A program made the position numbers and the translations under genes. Shown here in pieces: positions 1 to 13,589 of a stretch of 64,000 nt of DNA. The stretch is from Podarcis vaucheri (Eukaryota). Location of the stretch: NCBI GenBank assembly GCA_965113315.1, contig OZ220363.1; one strand, given 5' to 3'. The notes under the pieces were generated by a model, which saw only the letters and a program-made list of their open reading frames with translations, searched no databases and had not been told where the DNA came from. Positions within the stretch are counted from its first letter, which is position 1. Each line of letters starts with the position of its first letter.

Positions 1-502
1 CTTCCCAGCCTATATAGATGTATCCGCCCTGCACTAATCCTTACGAATTTGCTTTGTTCGAATATAAATCTCAAAGAGATGGGAATAGGGCAGGGGGGAT
101 ATCCCTCTGGCAGGTCACTTTCTTACCAGAGTTCCCCCCCCCCCACCTACCCACCCACAACTATCATGCTCGTCCATTGTGCCGGCGCTGGAGATCTTTC
201 CCCTATCCTACATGCGGAGAAGACTGAAAGCGCGACCTCTGAAAAATAAAGAAAGGAGCCAAGATGCGAAGCCCAAGCAATTTTGTCCCGCCCACCCTGG
301 CATAGTCTTTCACCTACAGAGGATCCCTCTCGCTCATCATCCCCGCTCGCCATCCAGCCAGCTCTGCAGCTCCAGACAATGCTCTCCCTTCCCGCTCCCC
401 ACCCGCACACCGCCCTCGCCCTCGCTCCCCTCCCCCTCCAAGCCCCCTGCCCATGCAGATCCCGGGCAACATGACAGTGCAAGGGCGGGCGGGTGTGAAT
501 AC

Positions 503-720
503 CTGGCGGCGGAGGCTGTGGCGCCGACACTGGAGGCGGGCGCAAAGATATTTGGACTCCTGCACGTCCTAAAAGAGGCATTCAGACGAATGGGAGCAGC
601 AGAAGCCTCTAATCCCCGCTGCTGCTCCTGCTGCTGCAATGCATGGCTGATGCTCTTCTCCGCCCCTGTGTTGCCGATAAAGCTGCAGCTTGGGCTTGGT
701 AAGAATGGAACCTCGGCGCG
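503..720 (-). other. Probable first (5'UTR) exon of a gene running out of the window to the left; probably CLASP1 by synteny
   Basis: Minus-strand donor CCAG|GTATTC (GT = plus 'ac' 501-502) directly downstream of a CpG-island promoter. The identity rests only on the recalled vertebrate order CLASP1(-)/NIFK(-)/TSN(+); no CLASP1 coding sequence is in the window. The 5' end is approximate. Confidence 0.4.
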
Positions 721-1200
721 CAAGCGCACTCGCCGCTCGCTAGGAAAGACTGGAGGGGGGGCGGTGCTGCACATGCGCCGTAGACCAAAGCACAGCGGCA
801 TGCGGTGAGCATGCGCCTCTTGGTCCTGGCTCTTCTAGGGACCATCACGCATGTGCTGCCCGAGTCTCTTCCCTGGCCGACGCTCCCGCCGACAGTCATA
901 GAGGTCCGTCAAAGGCTAGATAGAACCGGGGGGGCATCTCTATGGTGACGTGAATCCGATACTGAAAGGCGCGGGGCGGAGGGATGCAAAGTGTGTAGCT
1001 GAGACGATGAGCTCACCGCGCGTTGTACGCATGCGTCGGCCAGCCGTATTCTAGTAATGACGTATGTGCACAAAACGGCTGCTGCATTCCTTGATTAATA
1101 TTAATAAGAGGACGAGAGGGGGCGGAGTTACGGATTGGAGATGAAGGCTGAGAGCGCCGGTCTCGCCTTCCGGGGTCAAAGGTCATAAGAAGGCAATGCA
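700..1200. promoter_or_regulatory. CpG-island housekeeping-type promoter
   Basis: High CpG density. Several NRF1-like GCATGCG sites (about 770-815 and 1028-1036), CRE-like TGACGT at about 947 and 1058, GC boxes GGGGCGGAG at about 973 and 1119, inverted CCAAT (ATTGG) at about 1134. Confidence 0.75.
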
Positions 1201-1920
1201 GTATTATTTCAAAATAATTAGGAAAAGGGGTGGGGGTGGGATTGCGTCCTAAAGACACACACTGTACAGGGAAGCTTCTAAGGAAGTAATATTTCCCTCC
1301 CCGTTATTATTCCTGATTACCTGTTGAATTTTTGCCTGTTGTGTTAAACGCACAGGAGAAAAGAAGGTAGCCCTATTGCAGGAATACTGAGGGAGGCTGC
1401 TCCTCCAGACAAAACTGCATTCAAAGACATTTCAAGTGGTATTGCCTTTAAAAGATTTCTATTTGTGTTTGTTTGTGTGTATTTGGGCAGCGGGAGTAAG
1501 AATCTTATGGCACCTTAAAGATTAACTGCAAAATGTGTATACATGTCTACGCAGAAGCTTCACTGTAAAAAATATGCATTGTTTGTATTTGGTTTGCCGT
1601 TACCATTCTGCAAAAGTGAAGAACAGTTATGGATTGAAGTTTAAATTTATATTTCAATAAGCAGTTAGCCATTTAAATGATATAATAAGGCAGCTGTGAT
1701 TATACTTGGTTGCAATGTGTTCCTTGATGGTAGCCCTTGTCCATCATTTGCCAGGTTAAGAGGTAGCACTGCCGATTGGAACTTACTGAGAGGATTGCTC
1801 ACACAGAGAGGCATCCTAAAATGCTTCCATTTTGCTCTTTGTCTGCTGCCTCTCTGCTGACTCTGCTCCAAGTCATCAAAAAGAACCATCAAGAGGAAAT
1901 CACTGCAATGGCCAAGTCAT

Positions 1921-2287
1921 TGTCCTAACAAAAGACAGAGAGAGAAGCCACCAGCAAGACTAAGACTATGTGCCCCATCCTGCACCCTGCACTCTGGGTA
2001 GTTAGCAATGGAGGATGCCAGAGAGGAGGAGGGAATTTCCAGGTCTGCAGTGGGGAATGATGTAACCAAACAGAGAAAAGTGTCAATTTTGCAAACGGGG
2101 GTGGGGGTGCATGTGAATGCTCTGTACTCTAGGCTCAGGTTGTATGTATGTGTAAATAAACCATATATCATAAAGATGTCATAGTCTCTGCTGTGCCTCA
2201 TTGTCCAAAAAGAAACACAGACCCTGCTAAGTGTACTTGATACCCCTGGAATCTTGCACTGCTCAGAAATTCGGGTGTCGTGTAACA
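1921..2287 (+). mobile_element. LTR-like repeat, copy 1 (same family as 58814-59363)
   Basis: 2148-2290 (ATGTGTAAATAAACCATAT...AAAGAAACACAGACCCTG...ATCTTGCAC...CTCAGA...AACAATAT) aligns by eye with the reverse complement of 58811-58960. Contains AATAAA and ends ...AACA. The left boundary is uncertain. Confidence 0.45.
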
Positions 2288-3983
2288 ATATCCTCTGCCC
2301 AGATCTCTGTAAGTGAGGACTGCATGAATGGGTGGTTAACTTAGAAGGGCCATAACCTTGTGCCTATTGTGTAATTTGCCACCGCAGAAAAAGTAACATT
2401 TAAACAACAGTCCTAATCAGGACTTACTTCTGAGGAGGCATGCATAGGTTTGCAGTGTTCGTTTGTGCAACTTCTGTACGTTGGAGATACGTGAGGAAAA
2501 GGCCAAAAAGATTCCTTGTAGAAATGCAAGTACTGTCTCCCTTGCTAAAAAAACAACAACACACAAAACCTAGAATGACAACAGTATGCTGAATTTTACA
2601 CTTTTCTATCATGGGACTCCTGTTGCTGTGAAGTACACTTTTTCCCTTAAAAGATTTTCACACATCCCTAGCTTTTTTCAACAGTTCGCTACAAAGCACG
2701 GTGTACTGATTATTCACAACTTCCAAGCTCAACAGCATGAAGAAAGCATGGATTCAAATAAATCTTGTTATGCCATATCGTTCATAGTCCACATGTCACT
2801 ATGGTGTGAATGGTGCACCGAGCATCCCCTTTACACACATCCCAATAACCATAGACAGTGCGGTTGAATGATTTCTGAAATTCATTTGTGTCTAAACAAA
2901 AGTATTATCAAGTGCCCCTTGGAAGAGACAATTTCAGCTGCTGTGTCACACTGTCAGATTGTGAAATAACTTCTGTCACTCAGAAGAAGAAGAGATGTTG
3001 GAATCATGGTGGATAATGCCCTAAAAATATCAGTACGGAAGACTGCAGCTATTTAAAAAGCAACAGTGCACTACCATTTTACTTATCAGATATAAACAAC
3101 CCAGAATATAAACATCCTCCATTAACTGTTAATGGAAATGGTCAAAGTGGGGGCAGGCATGGTTGGATATTCCCATTTCAACTCCATTCATGTCTATGGT
3201 GGGATGGAAAAGGCCTGATTCCAATATCCAGTGTGAACAGAGAAGACTTCTGAATAAATACATCTCATTTCCTCTTTCAGGTATACTTAAACCTCACTGT
3301 GCTGAAGAGCATCAAGGGCAGAAGGTCTGTGCAGAAAGACAGCAGTGATGAAAGGGGAATACGAAGAAGCTCCCCCTGACCCTGTAAGGGAAGCAGAGGT
3401 GCCTTTGTGACCGGTGCTTGCTCTGCACAGGGTGAGGCTTTGCTCTCTGCAGTTTGCTATAAACTAATCCTAATGCAAGGACTAGGTATGCATATCTTTG
3501 ACCGACCTTGGGAGGAATAACTTACACATACAAGTCATAATGTAAAAGGCTACTTTGCATATATTTCCAATACACACAAATGGTGCGTTTCCTTTCGCAC
3601 CTCATTTCCTTTCCTTTCACTCCCCCGCTCTTCCTCTTCCTATATTAACATGTTTCTCACCAGTAGTACACAGCAAGCCATCATAATCTCTTCAAGTCCT
3701 ATTCCTACACTTTAAAAGCCTACTTACCATATTAATTCCGCCTAACGGCAAGCCTGCTGTAATATGATGGGAGTTTTAAGGTTGTGAATGAAACAAGCTC
3801 ACATTAAGGGAGATTCGCTAGTTCTGTATGAAAGGCTGTGCAAAATCAATGAAGGTTGCCGTCCTAGCAATATTTACTTGGGAATAAGTCTCACTGAAAA
3901 TGATGGAATTCCACAGGGGAGCAGCAAGAAATGTTATAATATTGCTGACCTGCTCATTTGCAACAAATTGGGGTATTACCTCT

Positions 3984-4660
3984 GGTGGGGGACACATCAT
4001 ACTCCTTCTGGGGTAGTTTGTCCACCTTTGGGCCCTATCCTGCACTCAGCTCTCATCTGTGGCTCCTAAAAGTTGCTGGCATGTGACAGCAGCCACATCC
4101 CAGGAATGGCTTCGACTGGCCAGCTAAACCAGGTGAGGGTAGCCTATGGGTCTCAAACTCTTGGTGAGTTAGGGACTTCCCCTGTTTGCAAAGCCAGGCT
4201 CTGAAGAATTGAGCAGATGAGACCAACATTGGGTCCAAGGGTCAAGAAGACAGTTTCTGCATGTGGAAGTGGGGGGCAGATGGAGATTGTCAACCCTGGG
4301 AAGGAAAACTGATCCTAAACCTCTGCTGCCTTGTGGGATACCTTCAGGAGAAGAAAAGGCTAAGGAGTAAACCCTACACAAATCCCGAGTGGAGTTCCTA
4401 AGATAGTTGGATGGCATCTTGTATGCTTCCTTCCAGCAACTCCTGCAGTCAAGCTGGTGCCAAACATATTGCTCTGCTTTTCTTTGGACCATCAGTGAGG
4501 CCAAAAGTGGGGTCTGCTTGTCTGGGCAGCCTAGGACCTCCATACACACTGCCCAAGCTTGCACCCCAAGAAAGTCACTTTGGTGCTGCTAACAGAGTGG
4601 TTTGACTTCACACCCGAAGGTGCAGTCCATTGTCTCTAGAGACAGACAGATGCAAACAAC
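3984..4660 (+). mobile_element. Unclassified interspersed retroelement-like repeat ending in a short (CAA) tail
   Basis: Resembles a squamate non-autonomous non-LTR repeat from memory; ends ...GACAGACAGATGCAAACAAC. Family not determined. Confidence 0.3.
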
Positions 4661-5359
4661 ATTATGTATAGTCCAATCTGATGCATTTTAACTTGGAAGT
4701 CATATTGAATTCAATGGAACCATACTACCTAAAGGACCATCTTCTCTAATAAGATGGGCAGATGAAGGGGGACTTGTTTATCTACACAGGCGAGTCCCTT
4801 TTCATTTAAACAGGACTAATGAGGCGATTTGTTCTTCTCGGCTGCTGGCTGCCATTTTGTTTCCATTTTTATCTGCTCTTACCCTATTTCTATATGGTTT
4901 TATCATGTTGTTGCTTGTTACGTTACATGGATTGGTTAGTTTCTATTGTGGATTGTATTGTTCTTTCCCACACTGGGAATTTTAAAATGGAACATGTTGA
5001 TGTAAATGTAACAAACAAAAATAAGCAAGTCCCATTGAACTTAATGAGATTTCTGGGTAGAGAGGCATAGACTAGTGATGGAGGCCAATAGGAAGACAAT
5101 AACTGACCATTTTGAGGGGGAAAGTGCTATAGTTTTACAGAATAAAAGCTGGAAAGATGTAACTGAAGTTGCAAAAATGTCCTTTATATGTCAGTATCAT
5201 CTAAACTCCTAGTTGTAGTATAATACACACATTAAGGTTTCATTCCACAGAACTGTGTATCTAGTTATCTGAATCCATGAGGAGTTTTTCTGAGGGGAAT
5301 TTCAAGAGCAGTTTCTGATATGGCATAAGATCAGCCGCTCTATCTCTACTGTCAGAGGA

Positions 5360-5492
5360 GGGAAGAGTGCTGTTGCACCCAGGTCCTGCTTGCAGGTTTC
5401 CCCACAGGCATCTGGTTGGCCACTGTGAGAACAGAATCCTGGACTAGATGGGCCACGGGCCTGAACCAGGTGGCTTTTAAGTTCTTATTCTT
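5360..5492 (+). mobile_element. CR1/LF-SINE-type 3' tail fragment
   Basis: GGCATCTGGTTGGCCACTGTGAGAACAG...GGACTAGATGGGCC...TTCTTATTCTT; related copies at about 26478-26575 and 36470-36655. Confidence 0.55.
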
Positions 5493-6440
5493 AGCCTCCT
5501 AATATTGGCAGCCTCTGTACCTAAGTTCCTAGCTGACCTACTTCTTTTAAAAGAAAGTTAAAAATCAGAAAAGCAGTTTGAAAAAAACAGGAATGAAGAT
5601 ATGCAAAATGGTAAATAAATTGTATATATAAACAAGAGAGATTACCATTAAGCCATTTTTAGTCTAGCATTTTTATTGTGTTTATAAAAAAAACCATCTG
5701 CTTAATTAAAACCCTTATTACTGTTTTCATCTCTCATTAACTTGCAACAGGGGAAAACCCTTACTATCCATGAACATTATTAAACTCATTCGTTTTAAAT
5801 GTACATTTAAACAAAAGCTTTTAGTGTTCATACATCAAAACAGCATGACATTGCAATGAAGGTATAATTAAGGAATTAAATGTTGCACTTTCCTTTACAG
5901 CGTGTATGTTTCGCCCAGACGTATCCTAAGCAATCTTGCTTGTGGTCTAAGGAGCATTTTGAGCTGAGATGTTAAAATCAGAGATGGCCCAAGACTTTTT
6001 TGTGTCTCAGAGAAAAAAACAGCAACATATGGGCTCTTATGGTGGTGTTATATAGTTCTAATAGATAAGGCTCAGTTTTTATGTATCCTTACTTTGGAAT
6101 AAGCTTCTGCAGCAAGATTGCACCCCACCCATCTATTCCACGTGGAAGGTAGATAGTGCTGTTGGCATAGAAAAGTGAGAATTATACAGAATCTTAGCTG
6201 GCAGCTGCATTGTGGCTAGCTGAGTCACGCTCCTCTCCCAACTTCTCAGAGTGCCCACTAGCAAGCCCCCAGCTCCAGTCTTCCCCATCACTGACATTGC
6301 CGTCACTGTTCCCTACCCATTCCTCTATACCACTGAGTATAGAATGGTTTCAGCAAGGCAAAGAAAAGGAGGCAAAATTTGGATTGGCAACTGGAAAGAT
6401 TGCATTTGAACTAGGGGACAGCAGCTACCAGCTTCTAGCA

Positions 6441-6550
6441 CAGAAGTAGGAAACCTATGGCCCTCCAGATGTTGTTGAACTACAACTCCCATTGACCAAT
6501 GGGAGCTGTAGTTCAGCAACATCTGGAGGGCCACAGGTTCCTTATCCCTA
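6441..6550. mobile_element. Short fold-back (hAT-like) MITE
   Basis: About 45-bp near-perfect inverted arms (GGAAACCTATGGCCCTCCAGATGTTGTTGAACTACAACTCCCATT / AATGGGAGCTGTAGTTCAGCAACATCTGGAGGGCCACAGGTTCC) around a 4-nt loop. Related copies at about 28414-28554, 47645-47780, 51049-51183 and a half copy at 53636-53690. Confidence 0.7.
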
Positions 6551-9500
6551 TCGCAGCATGAAGGCTCAAACAGAAGCAGGGTGTGTTTTAACTGATCACA
6601 TGAGAAGACTCTGCAAGTTTTACTGTTTTTATCTTTATCACTTTTGGTACGTTTTAGCTGCTTTAACTTCCACTGTGGAAGTACGTGGAGGGGAAAAATC
6701 CCCACCCTAACAAAGACAACAACTGCTAGACAAAATGTTTTTATTTTCATGCCTCTAAAAGCATTTCCCTTGTGGTTATATGTATGAGTCAGCAACTCAT
6801 CAATTCTGAAGTATTTTTAAAGATTTGCTTAAGGGACAATATGGCAAAGCAAACCTTCTGAAATTAGGATATGCAAAAGCTTCCAGGGCGGGTGGAACTA
6901 TCCAGACTCTGGCTCTACCAATTGATTTTGAACGAGGTGGGGGTGGGATACCAGGATTATTATTAATAGCCTTCTAGCTTTCTGGGAAATGATCTCACCA
7001 AGCTGGACTAATCTTTTAAATTCGCATTATGGAGGCAAAATTTCTTTTTTTAGAGGCAGCTACTTAAATCGATGGGTCATTTCTAACTACATAATACCTT
7101 ATATGTTGCTCTGAATCTTGGAATATCCCCAGAATTCCAACAGCAAAAAGAGCAGGATATCTCAAAAGAGAATGCTGTGCATTTTCTCTCACTGCAGGTA
7201 CACAAAACGCAAATCAACCCAGTCCCAAAACACTAAGCCCCTTCCACGTAAGGGGTCTGCAAGATGCTATTGAGCTTTAAGTGGCCTGCCTCCTTAATTA
7301 ATTACACATGTAATCCTATTTTAAAAAATCCACTGAGAGGATATGCTTTGAATTCTAATTTGTTTATGCCCCGCCTGTGTTCATCTTGAGCTTACTTAAG
7401 GATGCGCTCCACCCCCTTCCAGAGGCTCACTTTTCCAGAGGGAACAGGAGCAACTTCTCCCTTACTGTTATGCTATTTTTGCCTTGGTCCAGCTGCTGTA
7501 TTGATAAGTGCAAAAATGAATTGGGTAGGAGGAGGCAGAGAATAAACAACCGCAGCAGGAACAAGGTCGTATAAATGTTCCCTACTGCAGGTGTCAAACC
7601 ACTTCGGAATCTGCTTTGATGTTGCAGAGGTTTCCAAGGTACTTGCTTGGTGTACATGGAGAGAGCCGGTTAGGCCAAAACAGCACATAAGACTTTACCC
7701 TCCTGGATTTGTAAGTCACCACACGTATCACTAGTTGCCCCTTAAGAGAAAACCCAAATTGCTGGAAAGGAGGCATGCACATCCCTCACGGAGGGATGGG
7801 GAGGTTTTTTTTTACTTAAGGTTCATGGCAGGGCATTGCTGCAAATGAAAGAGCAGCTTTTATCTGCTATCCACTGCTTGTGGCAGTCTATTTATTTATT
7901 TAGTTATTTATGGACTGTCTTACCCGCCCTTCACCATGAGGCTCCAGGGCAGGTTATGGCAACACAAAATCTGTGGAATCTACATCTATCTATCTAAACT
8001 GTCAAAGGCCAGGATGGAAAAGTGTGTCTTCAGCATTTGGTAAAAAAGATGTTGCCAGATGCAGCTCTGTGGAGAGGAAGCTTAGAAGCTATCCCAGGGA
8101 ATGGGCTACCTCAGGGAATATGTCCTTTCCTGGGCTGTCCCCCCACAACCTTCCAAGAGCGATCAAACTACCAAGGGGGCCTTTCTGCTGATCTGAACAC
8201 TTTAAAGGGCCTGTAGGGAAGGGAGTGGCCTTCCATACATTGCAGAGGAACATTAGTGGTTTCCGATATGCAGCTACTTCCCAAAGTGCTATGAATGCAA
8301 TGCGACAGTGAAACGCCTCAATAAATCTGTTAGTCTTTCAGTTGTGCGCGCGCATGTATTCAAAGTAGAATTCCAGTGACGGCGATACAAGGAAAAAAGA
8401 TTATTGTGCATATAATGTGCTCGGGAAAAGAAGGGGTGAAAGCCATTGCATGTCTGTGAAAATCAATCAGCTGCACAACTCTTAGAATTTGAAGCAGGTT
8501 TAGAGACACCTGCTGACTTATTTCTGTATGGCAGTTAAATATTTCTTAGAGCTTTGGAATCGGAATTTAACTGTGTGTCCCAATGCAAAGGATGACAAAA
8601 ACCTGTATTTTTAAATAATGAAGTACGTGGAGAGCTTTTGCAGGGGAAACCAACTTGTCAAGTAGCAGGGAGGAAAGTCTGAGCATGCTGAAATTTCTCC
8701 TTCTGTGCAATAAGGAAATGTTTAGGCACCCACCCCATTTCTGCATCTGATTGCATGATTTGCATGACATTCCTGTTTCTCTTTCATTCTGCCTTTCCAA
8801 AACTCAGCTGGAAGCTTATCCCTTTCTCTCTTCCTTAGCCTCCCCAAACCCAACTCCTCGTACATTATGTCATCTCTCTACTGATACTTATGGGTGAAAT
8901 GAATTGCAACAGGGTATATACAGCAATGTTTGCTGACCTGGTGCCTTCCAGGTTTTTTGCACTACAACTCTCATCACACGCTGGCTGCGGCAGATGGGAG
9001 TTCTGGAAAAGGCTGGCAGACAGAGTGAGTTGAATGTTGAATACAAGGAGCAGAGCAGTACATTTTGACTGGCCTAACTTGTTGTGAGAGTTTAGAAAAG
9101 CTGCACCTTCTAGAATTCTCTCTTCTTTATAATTATGTATTTCTCTGTATCTGGACACATTAATCCAAACAGCAGGTCTCCTGGCTATGTGTTCTTCCTG
9201 AACTTCCTCACTTCTATAGGAACAAGGTTTTGTGGTTTTTGTCAAGAAGAGGATCCTGCATCTTTAAGCATTGTGGAGGGGCAGGAATTTGGGCATGTGA
9301 AGGTTATCATGCAGGGCTTTCACTTAATCTGACTCATTTGGCTGGAACAACAAGAACTAAACAGATTCATCTCTTTTTAATACAACTTGTAGATAAAAGC
9401 ATGTTCTGACTAAAAACCAAATACTGCAACAACCCACTGGTGACTTTTGAGTGCAGTTGTGGCGGAATCAGAGAGGTTATTTTCATTATTTTTATTATTA

Positions 9501-11253
9501 TCTACTATTATTTTTGTTTGTTTGTTTGTTTGAAAACACTGGGAAGTATAGAAGCATGCTGCATTGTGTGGGATGAAGTCAGGGCTTTGATTCCACAAGA
9601 CAAAGCAGGTGTGACAGTAATTCATTCCAGTTCCCAGGGCTAAATGAATAACTGACAGCTCTTGCTCCTTCCACATTCTTATGCTGGCTGCACAGAAGAG
9701 GGGCTCAGCTCAGCATTCTCCAGGCGGGGAAGAGGCTTTGCTGACACTTCACTCTCTTAGGGTTCAATAACAGTTTCCCTTATTACAGCAGCTAACAGAT
9801 TTTGTCAGTAAACTGGATTCTGCAGCATGCTGCAAAGAAAAGAACGATCGGTGCCAACAGAGTCATTTCTGGTCCCTTTCGAAGTTAAATATGGGACACT
9901 GCTGATATGCCTCTTTAACTGCTGTAGATGAGAGACAATTTGGGTTGATTCTGCTTTTTCTACCACGGTGGCACCAAGATGCACAATTTCCCCTTCTACA
10001 TAATCTGCATTTGAAGGCACAGGTAGAAGCCTTAGTCCAATGTTACATGCCTTAGTCTAAAAGTAAATTTTCTGGAGGTCATCAGTTACATTACCCTGAA
10101 GTCTCACTGTAGCTTTTATGAATAATATGATTGAAAATGGCTCAAAAGTTATTCTAACCCATCTGCCCTAATATCTGCCAGTTTTAAACACTCTCGTTCC
10201 TCACACAGCCATGCCTCCTGTTTATATACGGTAATTGCAAAGCTTTCTTTCTATCTTCTCACTTAAGGTCACCAGAGTGTTTCCTGGCGTGGCTGGGTTG
10301 ATTTGTAAGAGCTGCATAATTGGCAGAGATTCATCTGGCGAATCTTTCCTTCCTGCACTGCATCACTATGCCAAAGAAGAATCATCTACTGAATTTTCCG
10401 CCCATCATGCACTGTTAAAGGCAAACGAGATATGCCAGCAAAAGGGTTGCTAACCTTTCTGTCTATAAGTGTGCAAATACAACCAGCAGAGTTGAGAGGT
10501 TTTTATTTATTTCTCTCCCCTGCCCCCCGTAGTAAAAATGATGCAAGCCTGGGAAACCTTATTAATGAATTTTGACATGTCATGCACCTGTTAAGTAACC
10601 ATGATGGAAGACAGTTGACAACCTTATTCTATCTTCCACCATCCCTCTCCAAATCTGAACAAGACTGTGACTTACCCTGATCCTAAACATGTTTCCTTAG
10701 GAAGATAATAAGATTTATTACAAGTAATGGCGCATAGGCTTAGATTCTTGGTGGAAGGGCTTTTATGTGATGAGCAGAGTCCCGAGCATAAAATCTCCCT
10801 ATGAGTGGCTGAAGCAGAAGTCATGACACAGCATGCCTGTTCACTTGCTATGGAAACTATGTTTGGTTAAGTATCAAGTGTCCAGATTTCTGCTCATGTG
10901 CTTAGCAAGGAAGCGCTGCATATTTATAACTTAGGCAGCCTAAAGACTACAACAGCAAAGCAATTCCCTTATGGGCCAGCAAATTCATTCCACAGCTTGA
11001 CCTGAGCAATGTATTAATTATTGTTGTTTTTATATTGCCAAAAGAATGTGGAATCTCTTCTAGACCAAGATAAATTGATACCAGAAGGATTAATGGTCTA
11101 AATTAGCTACAACACAGTAAGGCGTGTGATAAACCAAAGAGTGGGGACCCATATTGAGGCCTGAGGGTTGTATCCAACCAAGTTATACTAGAGCAGAGTC
11201 CATGAAATTAATGGACCCATTAGTCATGTCCATTCTTTTCAATGGGTTTACTC

Positions 11254-11759
11254 CAGGAGTAAGGAAGCTTTGACCTGTGAACCAAACCAGGCCCAGCAAA
11301 CCTCCCCATTTGGCCTGCTAGGCTGCTTTTCTTAAACCAGGCCTACCTGCCCCACACCTGACGTATAAGATGTCAGGTCTGGGGCAGGTACCAATGTGAC
11401 TACAAAGTAACAATCAGGAGTGTAAAGTGAGTGACCGATTGTTCCTTGCTGGAGCATGGTGCACTTCAGACGATGGAATGAAGGGAGTGTACCTTTTTCT
11501 GAGAGCACCAAGCAGTTTGCATTAAAATTTCTGCTAAAACAGGTTTCCCCCTCCACTTCAATGCAACCTGCTGGGCACTACAGGATTAGCAAAGTCCCTT
11601 GTTCTGCGGTTCCCAGTTGCCAACTGGCTGTCAGGCACTTGACATAATGATGCCAAGTGATTGACAAGTGAGTTGTCCAGCCCACCTGTCAAAGCTGGCC
11701 CACAGGTTATGGTCAGATAAGGATCTGGTTCACTGGTCCAAAAAGGTCCCCCATCCCTG
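11254..11759. mobile_element. hAT-type non-autonomous DNA transposon with 8-bp TSD
   Basis: CAGG...CCTG termini flanked by perfect GTTTACTC duplications at 11246-11253 and 11760-11767. Confidence 0.7.
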
Positions 11760-13589
11760 GTTTACTCTGAGTAGTACTAATATTGGTTACAACACTGAGT
11801 AATCCAGAAAACCATTCCGTAGGGGCATGTTGGAGCTGCAAAAAGAACCTGGATGAAGGGTGTGTTTGAGAACATATATGAACACCTTAAATTGGGAGGC
11901 TGCAAAGGTACATTGAATCAATTACCACCTTGTTGGTGAGATCCTGAAGCAACATAACTTTTTATAACATGTCGAGATTGGAAGCTTGGCAGGCTCCCCA
12001 AACAACTTTGTGATCCTCCCACACCCACAATCTGCGCTGTTGTTGAGACGCACACTTCCCTCTAGTACAAAGTGTATTACTTAGGAGAAAATGTGGGAAT
12101 TCTTTTTACCAAAGTTATGTTTGTGCAGAAAACGTGCTGCAAATGAGAAACAGATGTGTACCATTTTCAAAAAAACTGAAATTAAAAATTTGTGCAGAAA
12201 GTATGTAAACTGGTAAACTTGCTGCCCCCTAGTGTATCAATGTATTCATGGATGGAGACTAGCTTTTCTCTCTCCTATTATAAGGACTTAATAATTGGAA
12301 CTTTGCACACTTCATAACATATAGCAAAACACAGATTTGTCATAATTAAAGAAAGCATTGCTTGAGCAACAGCATAGATTTGTGATACTAAAAATAAATT
12401 TTGAAGTACACAGTAGAAAATCAAGGTTTGATCATTAATTTAAATTCCCAAGAGATTGCATGAACATGCTACATACCTAAATGCTCACAGTAAAGAACCT
12501 GATTTTCTGTTTGGCAACAGCTTTCACATAAAAATAGAGTTTTGTTACATGAAACTATCAACCTGGTTTAAATTTGATGATGGTAAACTAGTTTTCTGAT
12601 CACTTCACATAAAATTATCAACACATCCACAACAGACTACTTGTGATTCACATGGGATCTGGGTCTGTGACAGCCTGTTCAGATACTTGGCTCAACACAT
12701 TTAATGTCAAACAGATAACAGAAAAAAACAATGAGTTGTGAAATTGGTATGACATCTTTGGCTATAATAATAGGGTAAGACTTTGAGTAGGACTTATCAG
12801 ATGCAACCCTTTAAATCAGTAGAAATTACTTTCTAGTACTATGAATTGCTTAAAAGCTGCTGAATGCAGTCTGAATTCACTTAAGCTCAGGATCTATATC
12901 TCCATCCTAGGTGGTAACATTACATGACCCCAACATTGGCTAATGGTTAGAAACCAAACAAGCCAGTTCTCTCTAATATGGTATTCATTGTATGAACATG
13001 CTCTGTGTTTTTTGTACTTGAAAGGCAAAGGCATGTGCAGTGTAGCAATTACTATTGGATAGGTAAAAATATTGCCCCAGCTCAACACCAAGCTAAGATG
13101 CCTCAGTGAGATCAGGAGACATCAAAAGAAAATGGTATTTCACATACTAGGGAGTCTACTAACTCAAGAGGTGATAATGCTAAGCATTTACATAGCTTCC
13201 CTAATATTATGTCTTGCAAAACTGTGATAATAATAGTGTAGCTGGATCCAGTACTGCATTCTCATTATAATTTGTGAATTAAGAACTCCTGAATATGTTG
13301 TACAGTCATTGCATGATGCGCAGAAAGTCAGCTCCTAAGACTCTCGGCTTGTAAGAACAAAGCAAGCTTTTAGCTGACATAATCGATATGTGTTCAAATG
13401 TTGGGTGGCCTGATGCAAAAGGAGACAAAGGTTTTGAACCCTTAAGAGCTATGTAGAAAAATGGAATTTCAGGAGGCATGGCTTGTTATGCAAGCTACAT
13501 CTGCTGCAGTGCCCTCTTCTGCAGAGCTATTGATTTTATTTATTAGTTATATTTGTTTCTAGCCAGACTTTCAGCCTACCCACACCACT

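Noticed and set aside
147-899. Overlapping 100-200 aa ORFs on both strands
   Set aside because: Typical stop-poor CpG-island artefacts; Pro/Gly/Arg-rich with no recognisable domain.
1500-1570. Additional Penelope-end fragments (also about 8315-8345) as further hammerheads
   Set aside because: Only the GCACCTTAAAGA / TTAGTCTTT terminus remains; no intact CUGANGA-stem-GAAA core.
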